Source: a bacterium (GTDB lineage Bacteria > Hinthialibacterota > Hinthialibacteria > Hinthialibacterales > Hinthialibacteraceae). From it: a DNA stretch of 38,337 bases. This document shows positions 25,666 to 35,376 of the stretch, piece by piece. The stretch spans positions 1-38,337 of the forward strand of contig JBHGBC010000046.1 in NCBI GenBank assembly GCA_041946805.1, given 5' to 3'. A model generated the notes under the pieces. It ran no database searches. It saw only the letters and a program-made list of their open reading frames with translations, and had not been told where the DNA came from. Both the position numbers and the translations under genes were made by a program. Positions within the stretch are counted from its first letter, which is position 1; the number at the start of each line of letters is the position of its first letter.

Positions 25666-27633
25666 TTATTTAGGAACCAACGGGGCATTTTTCTTGACCT
25701 TCTCCACCTGCGGCGCCAATCCGGGATCATACTCGACCGCCTGCTTCCAATATTCCTCAGCCAGCGGACGATTTCCGTTTTGCCACTCCAACACGCCCAC
25801 GTTAAAAGCCGCTTCGCTATACCGGGGTTCCAGTTCCAGGGCCTTCAGGAACTCCTGCCGGGCGGCCGCGGGATTGTTCTGTAAAAGCAGGCCTTTCAGC
25901 AGATAAACCGGGGGGTATCGTGGGGCCAGTTTTTCAGCGCGCGCCAGGTGAAACGCGGCCAGGTCTTTATTCCCCCGTAAAAAGAGAAGGTGCGCGATGT
26001 GGTAATGGGCCATGCCCTGCCAGCGTTCGGCGGTGCGCTTCCCGTAGAGATGTTCCGCCGCCTGAGTGAAATGCTCCAACGCCTCCTCGTTCCGGCCTTG
26101 CTGTTCGAGCAGCAAGCCTAGGTTGAAATGAGCGGTGCCGTACGTCGGCAGGATCTCCAGCGCCTTCCGGTAGCATTTCTCCGCCGCTGCCCGGTCGCCC
26201 CGTTTTTCCTCGGCGCTGCCCATATTGAGCCATACCTGGGGGTAATCGGGCTGCAAGGCCAACGTCTGGTTCCAGGACGTAAATGCTTCATCCATGCGGT
26301 TCACACCGGAATAGGCGTTCCCCAGGTTGAAGAAAACCTTGGGATTGCCGGGACGCGCCCGCGCCGCCGATTGCCACAAGGCGATTTCATGCCGCCAATC
26401 GAAACAACGATCGAAGGTCCGGATAGAAAATAGCGCCGCCACGATCCCCACCACCGCCAGGGGCAGTTTGGCCGGGAATTCTCCACCCCGCCGAAACAGA
26501 AGATCCCCCAGCGCCACGGCGGAAAGGAGAAAGCCCGCGCCGGGGATATAGAGGTACCGGTCGGCGGCCAGGTACGAGACCGGCGCGAGTCCCGACACCG
26601 GACCCCAGGCCACTACCATCCAGACCAGGCCGAATAAAACCTCCGGGGCGGTCCCGCGTGTCCGCCAGGCTAGGACGGTCAGCGCCACCCCCGCCGCCGC
26701 GCCCAGCAGCCAACGGCTATCCCAAAACGTAACCACAGGCGAAAAAGCATGTTCCACCGTCAAATCCATTGGGAACAGGCACAACCATACGGAGTGCCCC
26801 AACGTGGCGCAGGGAGTCAACACCGCCGAGAGCGGGGTGTAGGCGGCTGAGCGGGCGGAAGGATCGTAAAAGGTCCCCTCTTCCCGCACCCAGTCCAGCC
26901 GTTCGATGATTTGATACGAATAAAAAAGAAACGCCAGCGTGATTAAGGCGGGAAGAATCAGAAACTTACATAACTTTCTCCAAGGGATCGGTTGCCGCCG
27001 CGTTTGGAAATACAACCAGCCCGAGACTAGCATGAGAAACGGCAGCGACACCGCCACCTGCTTGGAAAGCAGGGCCAGCACCAGCGCCGCCAGGCTTCCG
27101 GCATGGGCCAACCGCGCCAAGGGTGTGGAAGTCGCGGTCCGGGATACCGCGTAAACGAATCCATAACACGCCGCCAGTTCGAAGAACAAGCAAATCAGTT
27201 CCTTGCGTCCGGAAATCCAGGCCACCGCCTCGGTGTTGATGGGATGCGCGGTAAACAACAGGGCGGTGATAAACCCAATCGTCCGGTTTACGCCTAAAAA
27301 CAAAAGAAAAAAGTAAAGCATATAGACATTGGCGGCATGCCAGGCCAAATTCTGCAGGTGATACCCGAGCGGCTGGAATCCCCATACGGCATGATCCAGC
27401 ATGTAGGTGAATTCGCGCAGGGGGCGGTCCCAGGTGAGCAAGATCTCCAGCCACGAGACCTCTCCCCGCAACGCCGGATTCTCAGCCACGGTGATGGCTT
27501 TGTCGTCGTAGACGAAATCCCCCGTCAGCGCGGGCGCGTAGGCCAGCAGGGGCAGCCAGAGCCATGGCAGACGATAATCCCTCCATGGGGAGATCGCCGG
27601 AGTTGAGGTCATGGAGACGCCGATTTGATTCAT
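25666..27633 (-). CDS. TMTC-like GT-C membrane glycosyltransferase (putative protein O-mannosyltransferase) with C-terminal TPRs
   Basis: GDFVYDD acidic loop after TM1, RPL, GYHLQNL..H..N, LF..HP..TEAVAWISGR.E and A.DRYLY motifs, followed by a series of TPR units. Confidence 0.85.
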   Translation of the reverse strand: MNQIGVSMTSTPAISPWRDYRLPWLWLPLLAYAPALTGDFVYDDKAITVAENPALRGEVSWLEILLTWDRPLREFTYMLDHAVWGFQPLGYHLQNLAWHAANVYMLYFFLLFLGVNRTIGFITALLFTAHPINTEAVAWISGRKELICLFFELAACYGFVYAVSRTATSTPLARLAHAGSLAALVLALLSKQVAVSLPFLMLVSGWLYFQTRRQPIPWRKLCKFLILPALITLAFLFYSYQIIERLDWVREEGTFYDPSARSAAYTPLSAVLTPCATLGHSVWLCLFPMDLTVEHAFSPVVTFWDSRWLLGAAAGVALTVLAWRTRGTAPEVLFGLVWMVVAWGPVSGLAPVSYLAADRYLYIPGAGFLLSAVALGDLLFRRGGEFPAKLPLAVVGIVAALFSIRTFDRCFDWRHEIALWQSAARARPGNPKVFFNLGNAYSGVNRMDEAFTSWNQTLALQPDYPQVWLNMGSAEEKRGDRAAAEKCYRKALEILPTYGTAHFNLGLLLEQQGRNEEALEHFTQAAEHLYGKRTAERWQGMAHYHIAHLLFLRGNKDLAAFHLARAEKLAPRYPPVYLLKGLLLQNNPAAARQEFLKALELEPRYSEAAFNVGVLEWQNGNRPLAEEYWKQAVEYDPGLAPQVEKVKKNAPLVPK

Positions 27634-27657
27634 TTTTATGGATTTAACGCCAGATCT

Positions 27658-28950
27658 TCACGGCATGGCGGCGTTGCGTACGGGGCGGAGTTTCAGAAAC
27701 GAGGCGGGCAGGCGGGGTACAGCAGTCCCCGAAGTGACCGTGGCCTTGGCGGGAACGGACGCGGCGGACTGAATCGGGCCGGTTTCCGCCTGGGTTTTTG
27801 CATCGGGCAGCAGCCAATTCCGATCCCGGGGATCGACGGATGCCTGACCCGCGCGGGGTATCGGATTCGCCGCCGGTCCAGCCGGGATGGGATCGGAATC
27901 CCCCAAGCGGAGAGCCGCCGGAGGGGTCTCGATCAGGGGCCGGGGGGACGCCAAGGAAGCCGCTGGATCTTCAATCCGGCCGGTCTTCCATGTCTCGAAC
28001 TCTTGCAGGCGGGTTTGGATGGCGTTCGCCAACTCCTGTCGCTGGTTCGCGATTTCCGGAGTCAGATCCGGCGGGGATCGTTTGATCAGCGGCTTGAGGG
28101 CGGCGGCGTCCCGCGCCAGGGTGTTAAGCAGCGGCTTGGGTTCCCGGTTGGCTTTCACCACCGCCTCGGCCTGTTTGATCAGGGCGCTCAGGCGCTGGTT
28201 CTCCTCCTGGACTTGCGCTTTTTGCTCCCGCTCCTGTTGGCGTTGCGCGGCCTGCGTTTGCTTGACATCTTGCTCATGCGCCTTGTTGATCAGCTCCGCG
28301 GCCTGCTGGAGCGACTCGCCCACGGCGTCGGCCAGTTTGAGCAGGGCGGCGTGCTCGGCCTTCGCGTAGGAGGTATCCTCGCCCTGCCAGGGAACTTCGG
28401 CCGTCATGCGGTCCAGATAAAGGGCCTCGCCGAAATCCATCTCGAAGACCGCCGCGTCGAGGCCGATGGCCAGACGTTTGCGTTCCTGGTCGAAAACCTG
28501 GTCATACTGGACGCGTTCCATGAACATCAACACATCGCCATCGAGAAACGGCACGGCGCTGAAGAAGGCGGCGGGATCGATCTTCCCGTTCAACTTCCAT
28601 TGCTCCACCAGGGGGACCAGGGCGGTTTCCACCATCCGCCGCCGGGCGGGATCCTCGATCGATTCCAGGGTGATGACCTCCTGGCACATGGCGGAGAGAA
28701 ATTGGACCATTTTCTGGTGCAGGCGGTAATCGAGGGCGCGATTCTCCCGTTCCTTGGGCAGGGTGTACAAAAAGGCCCGCACGCCGCGGAATTGGCCTTG
28801 CTCGAAATCCCAGAACGTGACGTTTTCCACCTTGGGCTTGGTGCGCTTCCCCAACCGGGAGATGTCGCGCAGCCAGGTGTCGGGATCGAGGCTGAGTCCG
28901 CAGGCGATCAGCCAGAACAGAACCAGAGAAACCATCCGCCGGGGCATCAT
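27658..28950 (-). CDS. Hypothetical exported protein (possible lipoprotein) with coiled coil and Pro-rich tail
   Basis: MMPRRMVSLVLFWLIAC resembles a signal peptide with lipobox; Q/E/A-rich coiled coil; co-oriented and ends 24 nt before the TMTC-like ORF. Confidence 0.7.
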   Translation of the reverse strand: MMPRRMVSLVLFWLIACGLSLDPDTWLRDISRLGKRTKPKVENVTFWDFEQGQFRGVRAFLYTLPKERENRALDYRLHQKMVQFLSAMCQEVITLESIEDPARRRMVETALVPLVEQWKLNGKIDPAAFFSAVPFLDGDVLMFMERVQYDQVFDQERKRLAIGLDAAVFEMDFGEALYLDRMTAEVPWQGEDTSYAKAEHAALLKLADAVGESLQQAAELINKAHEQDVKQTQAAQRQQEREQKAQVQEENQRLSALIKQAEAVVKANREPKPLLNTLARDAAALKPLIKRSPPDLTPEIANQRQELANAIQTRLQEFETWKTGRIEDPAASLASPRPLIETPPAALRLGDSDPIPAGPAANPIPRAGQASVDPRDRNWLLPDAKTQAETGPIQSAASVPAKATVTSGTAVPRLPASFLKLRPVRNAAMP

Positions 28951-29157
28951 TTCCCTATTATCGGCATGCACTTGGATTCTTGTACCCGATTGTACCACAC
29001 CGCGGCGGGAGGGGCTATAAGAAAGGAGGGGGGCATGTTTTTTCGTATTGAGAAAAGCATTCGGACGGGAATGATCCCCCCGGATACGTAAAACACAAGT
29101 CCGAGGTTGCAGGGGCCCATGACAACTCTCTGGGAAAATGATTATAGAAGTAAAAAT

Positions 29158-29191
29158 CCCCTCTCCCCGTGGGAGAGGGCCGGGGTGAGGG
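29158..29191. repeat. REP-like family B
   Basis: cccctctccccgtgggagagggccggggtgaggg. Confidence 0.85.
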
Positions 29192-29394
29192 AAAGCCTAT
29201 CCCCGGCGCCGATCCCCTCGGTAGGTTCCTGAACTCTAGGGGGAAGGAAATTATATTCCTTCGGTTCAGAGTCAGGGTATGGAAATACGATTTTCCCCAT
29301 CCTGTACTCATTTGCCGGTTGAACTATAAGATCTGGATTTTCAGGTTGAAGAAAGCTCTGGCGCGGTTGTGCCCGGTAACATGAAGACAGGTTC

Positions 29395-31611
29395 TTACGG
29401 TTCCATCCCCCAATCCTCGACGGCGGCGGTTTTTTGGAGGCTCAGCGTGAAGGACGGATCGGTATTGTTCGTCACCAGATAGGCCGCGTGGTCCTGATCA
29501 TCCACTTTCACAGTGCCCAGGAGCTGGCCATTGCCCAGTACTTGATAAGTTCCGGATTCCAGGTCGCAAACCAGGTGATACTGCGGAGCCGCGGGTTGCG
29601 AGATCGTGTATTGAACCTGATTCAGCAGAGTTTCCTCGTTCGCGAAGACCACCGCCCAGCCGCCGATCCGGACGCCGCCGCCGCCAGTCGCTTGCAGATG
29701 TTCCAGGGTGTCGAATTGGCTTAATCCTGCGCCGCCCATTTGCATGACATTGAGCAGGTTCACGCGATCGGAATCGGGCGGCTGGATTTCGTATTGCCAT
29801 TTGCGTTCAGCAAGGTCGATCTCCCAATCCTGGAATCCATTCGCCCACGCCTGAGTTTCATCGATCAGCCGGAACGTGCCATTCTCCGGTTCCAGCGTCC
29901 GGTGCAATAGGCGCTGCTTGCCGTCCGGGCTGGACTGGGTGATGGTGGCTCCCTCGAGGGCGGGCGGGGTTAAGGCGCGCAGCCGGTAACGGCACCAGCC
30001 GGAATCAACCGTGCGCAGGCGGTCGAACACCACGGCGTAATCCCCCGACCAGAAGAAATGCCGCCGGTAGGTTTTCACCCGCTGGAGGCTTCCCTCTTGA
30101 GTGGGGTCCTCGTTCCATTGCCCGTCGGCTTGGACCATGGCATAGGCAAAGAGGGGATTTTCGTTGTGTTCGCGGTGGCGGGTGATTTCCGCGCGGCTTT
30201 GAAAGCCCGACATGACGGGCGATCCCAGCCAGGTGTCCCCGTTCTGGATGGAGAGGTTGTTGAACGCCACGCCAAAACCTCCGCCGGCGTTTCCGGGATA
30301 CATCCGGCAGTCCTTGGTGAGATATTGTCCATTCCGGTACAGGACGAAGTTGCCGGTGTCGGGGGTTTGATGATCGGCCGGTTCGCCGCCCTGGCCGGAG
30401 AACAAGCCCCACGTGGCCGCCGCGTCCCACCCGCTCCGGAAGAAGAGATAATCCACACCGTCGCAAAACCGCACCGGGGGCAATCCGGACGTGTACGGAT
30501 CCTGAACCGGGCCGGCGGGATCGCTGAAAAAGAACTCGAGAAATTCGCTGTAATGGTAACTCTCTATGGCCCGCGCGTATCCGCGGGCGTAGGCGGCCCA
30601 ATCGGTATCTCCCGCCCGCCCGGCATGGTAGGAAGCCTGGGCCAGCATCGCGTACAAATACGTCCGCTCGGAGATCACGTTGGGATCCTGCCAATCGCCC
30701 GTGTGGTGGAGGAGCGTGCGGGTGGGATCGGTGAGATCGAGAGTGGTCCGGATCACATTGGCCCAGAAGGACTTCAGGGAGGGTTCCTGGGTGTTGATGT
30801 CGTAATGGCAGGCGGTGCGCAAGGTGATCCAGTATTGGCTGAGGCCGTCGCCGTCACTGCCCATGAAATACAGGAAACCGGGGTAGAAATGGCCGCCGAG
30901 GGCGTCGGCGATCCAGGTCCGGATGGGCCGCGCCATCGTCCATTGCTCAACTCCGGGGGCGGGTTCGCGTCCCTGGCCGTGTTCCCACATCCACCAGCCG
31001 CGGTCCAGCAGCGTTTGGGCCTCGGGAGCGTCGCCGTATAGCGCGCAGCCCAGCATCAGGTGCGCGGAGCCGGTTTCGATGACCGCGTCGGTATCCTGCC
31101 CGTTGCCGTCCTTGCCTTCGTAGTTTTCGTTCATCCAGACCGTATCGCTCCAGTGTATCATCTTTGCCGCGTATGCTTGCCGCCGGGCTGGAGTCATGCC
31201 CGGATTGTCATGCAGCCAGTCATACCCCAGGCCCAGGTAGCCGAAGTACCCATGCGCGGCCACGTCTCCGACCGCGGTATCGGCGGTCATGTCCATGAGT
31301 TCCAGGGCGCGGTCGGCGTAGCGCTGCTCGCCGGTGAGCAAATACAGGAGCGCCAGCGGGGGCACGCCGATTTGAGGACCGTTCCATGGCACTTCGGTCA
31401 TGGTGGTTTCGCAATATCCCCAAAAGTTCCGCCAGGCTTCCGTGTCGGCGCCGCGGGCCGCCCGGAAGGTATCCAGGCTTCCCGGCTCGAGCCACATCCG
31501 GGGGCGGGGGCCATTGGGCAGGTATCCGGCCGGGAAAGCGGTTTCGCCTAAGGCGGGGAATCCCAGCCAAAGGAAGAGTAAGACCAACAAACGGTTCATT
31601 TTCATGGTCAC
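29395..31611 (-). CDS. Secreted heparinase II/III-like polysaccharide lyase fold protein ending ...TAAVEDWGMEP
   Basis: Signal peptide; RPRMWL, LYLLTG..RYA, LGYDWL, GD, FFRSGW, H...D.GNFVLY and YRRHF...YAVVFDR: an (alpha/alpha) domain plus beta-sandwich pattern. Confidence 0.72.
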   Translation of the reverse strand: MTMKMNRLLVLLFLWLGFPALGETAFPAGYLPNGPRPRMWLEPGSLDTFRAARGADTEAWRNFWGYCETTMTEVPWNGPQIGVPPLALLYLLTGEQRYADRALELMDMTADTAVGDVAAHGYFGYLGLGYDWLHDNPGMTPARRQAYAAKMIHWSDTVWMNENYEGKDGNGQDTDAVIETGSAHLMLGCALYGDAPEAQTLLDRGWWMWEHGQGREPAPGVEQWTMARPIRTWIADALGGHFYPGFLYFMGSDGDGLSQYWITLRTACHYDINTQEPSLKSFWANVIRTTLDLTDPTRTLLHHTGDWQDPNVISERTYLYAMLAQASYHAGRAGDTDWAAYARGYARAIESYHYSEFLEFFFSDPAGPVQDPYTSGLPPVRFCDGVDYLFFRSGWDAAATWGLFSGQGGEPADHQTPDTGNFVLYRNGQYLTKDCRMYPGNAGGGFGVAFNNLSIQNGDTWLGSPVMSGFQSRAEITRHREHNENPLFAYAMVQADGQWNEDPTQEGSLQRVKTYRRHFFWSGDYAVVFDRLRTVDSGWCRYRLRALTPPALEGATITQSSPDGKQRLLHRTLEPENGTFRLIDETQAWANGFQDWEIDLAERKWQYEIQPPDSDRVNLLNVMQMGGAGLSQFDTLEHLQATGGGGVRIGGWAVVFANEETLLNQVQYTISQPAAPQYHLVCDLESGTYQVLGNGQLLGTVKVDDQDHAAYLVTNNTDPSFTLSLQKTAAVEDWGMEP

Positions 31612-31822
31612 TTTCTCATGATTTCCGTGTGGGCGCCGGGAATGTCAGCCGGTTGATAAGGAGAAGCGATTTTAGGTGATGAATCAAACAAACGATGATA
31701 TGTTATGGACTCGAGGCGTCCCGCGGTGAAACGGTGTCGATGAAATGTTGGTTCACACGCTGGAACCGAAGTGTAGAGAGGGAAGGAGGGGGATTCAATC
31801 CAGGAGAGGGGAACATCGTTTA

Positions 31823-31946
31823 TCACCGCCGAGGCGCGTGGGGCGTGGCTCTGGATTTTCCCTCACCCCCGGTTCTTCTTCCACAAGGGATGAGGGGATT
31901 GATTATGGGAAATCATCACGTCATCCCCGCGAAAGCGGGCATCCGG
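31823..31946. repeat. REP-like mosaic in the divergent promoter region
   Basis: tcaccgccgaggcgcg (related to inverted 3711-3731), degenerate inverted family B (31860-31898) and family A (31920-31946). Confidence 0.7.
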
Positions 31947-31991
31947 GGCGGTAAAGAACCTCTCCCGGGCGGCTGTCCGGACCAAAATTGG

Positions 31992-32020
31992 TTGACAAAA
32001 TCCGGCTTTCACTTAAGAAT
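31992..32020 (+). promoter_or_regulatory. Putative sigma70-type promoter for the subtilisin gene
   Basis: TTGACA-17 nt-AAGAAT. Confidence 0.5.
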
Positions 32021-32160
32021 AAGTACTACGACAACCTCGCGACGCAATGGTGTTCGGTTTCTGATTCGTCGAGGACCCGCCTCTGGTTTCGCATGCAATT
32101 CATACAACCTCCGATCGAGTCGTGAATAAAGGATAATCCCCAAAGGAAAGGTATCTTACG

Positions 32161-35100
32161 ATGATCGCGATTATGGATAACATAATCCGTCGCGGATTTC
32201 CCGTCTTTCTGCTCTTGATCACATTGGCCATGGCCGGGAGCCTTCCCCAGCGCGCGTCCGCCCAAGCCACGCTGACCGAAACTCCGATCGTGACGCCCGA
32301 CGTGGGCCAGCCTCCGCCCGATCTCGAGATGCGGCCGGGCCGGAATCCCATGGAGATCGTGAAAGTGTTCATCCATTTGCAAGCGGCTCCGGGAGAGAAC
32401 GAGAAGGCCCTGGTCCGCGCGGGCGGGGGAAAAATCCGCCGGGCCTTCCGGCTGATTCCGGCCCTCTCCGCGGAGATTCCCCTGGCGGCCGTCGAGAACC
32501 TGCGAAAACTCCCCTTCGTCACCCGCATCGAACCGGTCGTGCAAGTCTACGCGGTGGACACGGAATTGGACAACACATGGGGCGTGAAGCACATCCAGGC
32601 GGCGCTGTGCCACGCGGGGGGCAATAAGGGCGACGGCGTGAAAGTGGCGGTGATCGACAGCGGCGTCGACTATACCCACCCCGATCTGAACAACAATTAC
32701 GCGGGGGGGTATGACTTCGTCAACGATGACACGGATCCCCGAGACGATCACGGCCACGGGACCCACGTGGCGGGAACCATCGCGGCCGAAGACGACACCT
32801 TCGGCGTGGTGGGAGTGGCCCCCAAGGCGAGGATTTACGCCCTGAAAGTCCTGGGCGCGTCCGGCTCGGGCGGCTTCGACGACGTCATCGCGGCGCTGCA
32901 ATGGTGTATCGACAACGGAATTCAAGTCACGAACAACAGTTACGGCAGCAGCGTGGATCCGGGCACGGCGGTGCGCACGGCGTTCGCCAACGCGGCGGCG
33001 GCCGGCATCATCCACGTGGCGGCGGCCGGCAACTCGGGGCCCGGAACGAATACCGTGATCTTTCCGGGGCAATACGATTCCACCATCGCCGTGGCCGCGG
33101 TGGACAGCGCCAACAACCGGGCCAGCTTCTCCAGCACGGGGCCGGCGGTGGAAGTGGCGGCGCCGGGCGTCAACATCCTTTCAGCGAAAAACGGCGGCGG
33201 GTACATCGGGTCGAGCGGCACCTCCATGGCCACGCCCCACGTGACCGGGGTGGTCGCCTTGATGATCCGTCATGGGCTGAGCGGCCTGACCCAAATCCGG
33301 CAGGTCTTGCAAAGCACCGCGGATGACCTGGGACCGGCCGGACGCGACGACCAGTACGGCTTCGGCCTGGTCGATCCCGATCAAGCCGCGCCGCCGCCGC
33401 CGAATCTCGCCGCGCCGGTGGTGGACATCACGCGGCCCAGCTCCGGGGCGAAATTTTTCGCGGGGGAAGGCGTGCCGTTCACCGGGAGCGCGCTGGACAC
33501 GGAAGAAGGAGACCTGTCCGCCAATCTCGCCTGGTCGTCCAGCATCGACGGCGGGCCCTTCGTGCCCGGCAGCGCGTCATGGATCGCGTTTCTGAATAAG
33601 GGCAACCATACCATCACGGCCCAAGTCAACGACGCGGGAGACAAACCGGGCAGCGATTCGATCACGTTGATCGTGAAGGATCCCCCGGTGGCGCGGAACG
33701 ACACGGCGGCCGTGAATGAAGACACGGCCATCGACATCCTCGTCTTGGCGAACGATACCACGGACACGGCGGGAGGCGCCCTCAGCGTGATCTCCCTGAC
33801 GCAACCGGCCCATGGCGCCGCCGCCATCGTATCGAACCGGGCGCGCTACACGCCCAACGCGGATTTTAACGGCCCTGACGGCTTCACGTACACCATCCGG
33901 GACGGCCAGGGCCGGACCGACACCGCCGGCGTGAGCGTCACGGTGAATCCGGTGAACGACAATCCCGCCGCCAACGGCGACAGCGCTTCCACCAATCAAA
34001 ACGTCCCCGTCACCATTTCCGTGCTCGCCAACGACACCGACGCCGACGGAGACCCGCTCACCGTGCAGTCCGTCACACCCGGCGCGAACGGCTCGGTGAC
34101 GATCAATGCGAATCAAACCGTTACCTATACCCCCAACGCTAACTTTTCGGGTCCGGATTCGTTCAGCTATACGGTCAGTGACGGCCATGGCGGGACCGGC
34201 ACGGCCCCGGTCTCGGTCACCGTGCGCGCGCCGGCTCCGACGCCGACGCCAACCCCCGTTCCCCCGGTGACCGTTTATGAAGACGCCGAGGACGGCAGCA
34301 CCACGCGTTGGACGGTCTATGACAACGATCCCCCGGGCGCGGTGATCAGCAACGTCTTCGACGCGTCTTCCAACAGCCGGGTCATTCAATTCTCCGGCGC
34401 GGGGACTAACAACGGCTACCGCCTGCGGAGTGCCAGCCTGGGACCGTGGAACAACCGGGCCCAGTTCGTGGCGGAATGGAGTTCGAAGTTCTCCGAATAT
34501 TTTGTGGTGTATATCGACGTGCAAACGGCGGCGGGACACCGGTACATGCAATACATCCCCGTGAACCGGAACGATCTGGGCGCCGGGGAGTACGTTATCC
34601 ACGGCCTGGGAGGCGCGGCGCGGGATGGGCAGTGGCATTCCTGCGCGCGGGACCTGCAGGCCGATCTGCAGGAAGCCCAGCCGGGCAACGTCATCACGGT
34701 GGTCAACGGCTTTCTGATCCGCGGCAACGGCATGGTGGACAATATCAAACTCCGTACTACCCTGCCGCCGACTCCCACGCCGTCTCTAACTCCCACTCGC
34801 ACCCCGACACCCACGCCGACGCCCATCCCGCCGGTGACCGTGTACGAAGACGCCGAAGACAGCAGCGCCGCCCGGTGGACGGTGTACGACAACAATCCCA
34901 CGGGCGCGGTGATCAGCAACGTCTTCGACGCCTCGGCCAACAGCCGGGTCATTCAATTCTCCGGAGCGGGGACCAACAACGGCTACCGGCTCCTCGGTCC
35001 GGGATTGGGTCCCTGGAAAAATCAAACCCAATTCGTGGCGGAATGGAGTTTGAAACACTCGGAGTATTTCGTGGTGTATTTCGATGTCCAAACCACGGCG

Positions 35101-35337
35101 GGACACCGCTACATGCAATATATCCCCGTAAACTCGAACGACTTGGGCGCCGGGGAGTATGTGATCCATGGCCTGGGGACCACCGCGCGGGACGGACAGT
35201 GGCATTCCTTTACGCGGGACTTGCAGGCCGATCTGCAGGAAGCCCAGCCGGGGAATGCCATCACGGAAGTCAACGCGTTCCTGATTCGCGGCAGCGGCAT
35301 GGCCGACAATATTCGCTTGCGCGACGCCCTGCCTTAA
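32161..35337 (+). CDS. Secreted S8 subtilisin-like serine protease with propeptide, Ig/PKD-like domain, two cadherin-like (Big_9-type) repeats and a duplicated C-terminal domain
   Basis: Triad VAVIDSG / HGTHVAG / GTSMATPHV and oxyanion AAAGN; PVARND...VLAND...YTPNADFNGPD.FTYT occurs twice; PT linkers. Confidence 0.95.
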   Translation: MIAIMDNIIRRGFPVFLLLITLAMAGSLPQRASAQATLTETPIVTPDVGQPPPDLEMRPGRNPMEIVKVFIHLQAAPGENEKALVRAGGGKIRRAFRLIPALSAEIPLAAVENLRKLPFVTRIEPVVQVYAVDTELDNTWGVKHIQAALCHAGGNKGDGVKVAVIDSGVDYTHPDLNNNYAGGYDFVNDDTDPRDDHGHGTHVAGTIAAEDDTFGVVGVAPKARIYALKVLGASGSGGFDDVIAALQWCIDNGIQVTNNSYGSSVDPGTAVRTAFANAAAAGIIHVAAAGNSGPGTNTVIFPGQYDSTIAVAAVDSANNRASFSSTGPAVEVAAPGVNILSAKNGGGYIGSSGTSMATPHVTGVVALMIRHGLSGLTQIRQVLQSTADDLGPAGRDDQYGFGLVDPDQAAPPPPNLAAPVVDITRPSSGAKFFAGEGVPFTGSALDTEEGDLSANLAWSSSIDGGPFVPGSASWIAFLNKGNHTITAQVNDAGDKPGSDSITLIVKDPPVARNDTAAVNEDTAIDILVLANDTTDTAGGALSVISLTQPAHGAAAIVSNRARYTPNADFNGPDGFTYTIRDGQGRTDTAGVSVTVNPVNDNPAANGDSASTNQNVPVTISVLANDTDADGDPLTVQSVTPGANGSVTINANQTVTYTPNANFSGPDSFSYTVSDGHGGTGTAPVSVTVRAPAPTPTPTPVPPVTVYEDAEDGSTTRWTVYDNDPPGAVISNVFDASSNSRVIQFSGAGTNNGYRLRSASLGPWNNRAQFVAEWSSKFSEYFVVYIDVQTAAGHRYMQYIPVNRNDLGAGEYVIHGLGGAARDGQWHSCARDLQADLQEAQPGNVITVVNGFLIRGNGMVDNIKLRTTLPPTPTPSLTPTRTPTPTPTPIPPVTVYEDAEDSSAARWTVYDNNPTGAVISNVFDASANSRVIQFSGAGTNNGYRLLGPGLGPWKNQTQFVAEWSLKHSEYFVVYFDVQTTAGHRYMQYIPVNSNDLGAGEYVIHGLGTTARDGQWHSFTRDLQADLQEAQPGNAITEVNAFLIRGSGMADNIRLRDALP
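34261..35322 (+). repeat. Intragenic tandem duplication of a ~165-aa domain (34261-34755 and 34828-35322)
   Basis: Both copies run PPVTVYEDAED...WTVYDN.P.GAVISNVFDAS.NSRVIQFSGAGTNNGYRL...DNI.LR with a 567-nt period and high DNA identity. Confidence 0.95.
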
Positions 35338-35376
35338 ACGGGAACGGATGCGGCGCGCCGCGATAAGCCCGCCCGG

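Noticed and set aside
32025..32150. Riboswitch in the subtilisin leader
   Set aside because: I could not recognise a c-di-GMP or other riboswitch consensus by eye; an Rfam/Infernal scan would be needed.
34261..35322. Diversity-generating retroelement TR/VR pair
   Set aside because: Both copies are in-frame coding domains, the differences are not confined to adenines, and no reverse transcriptase is present.
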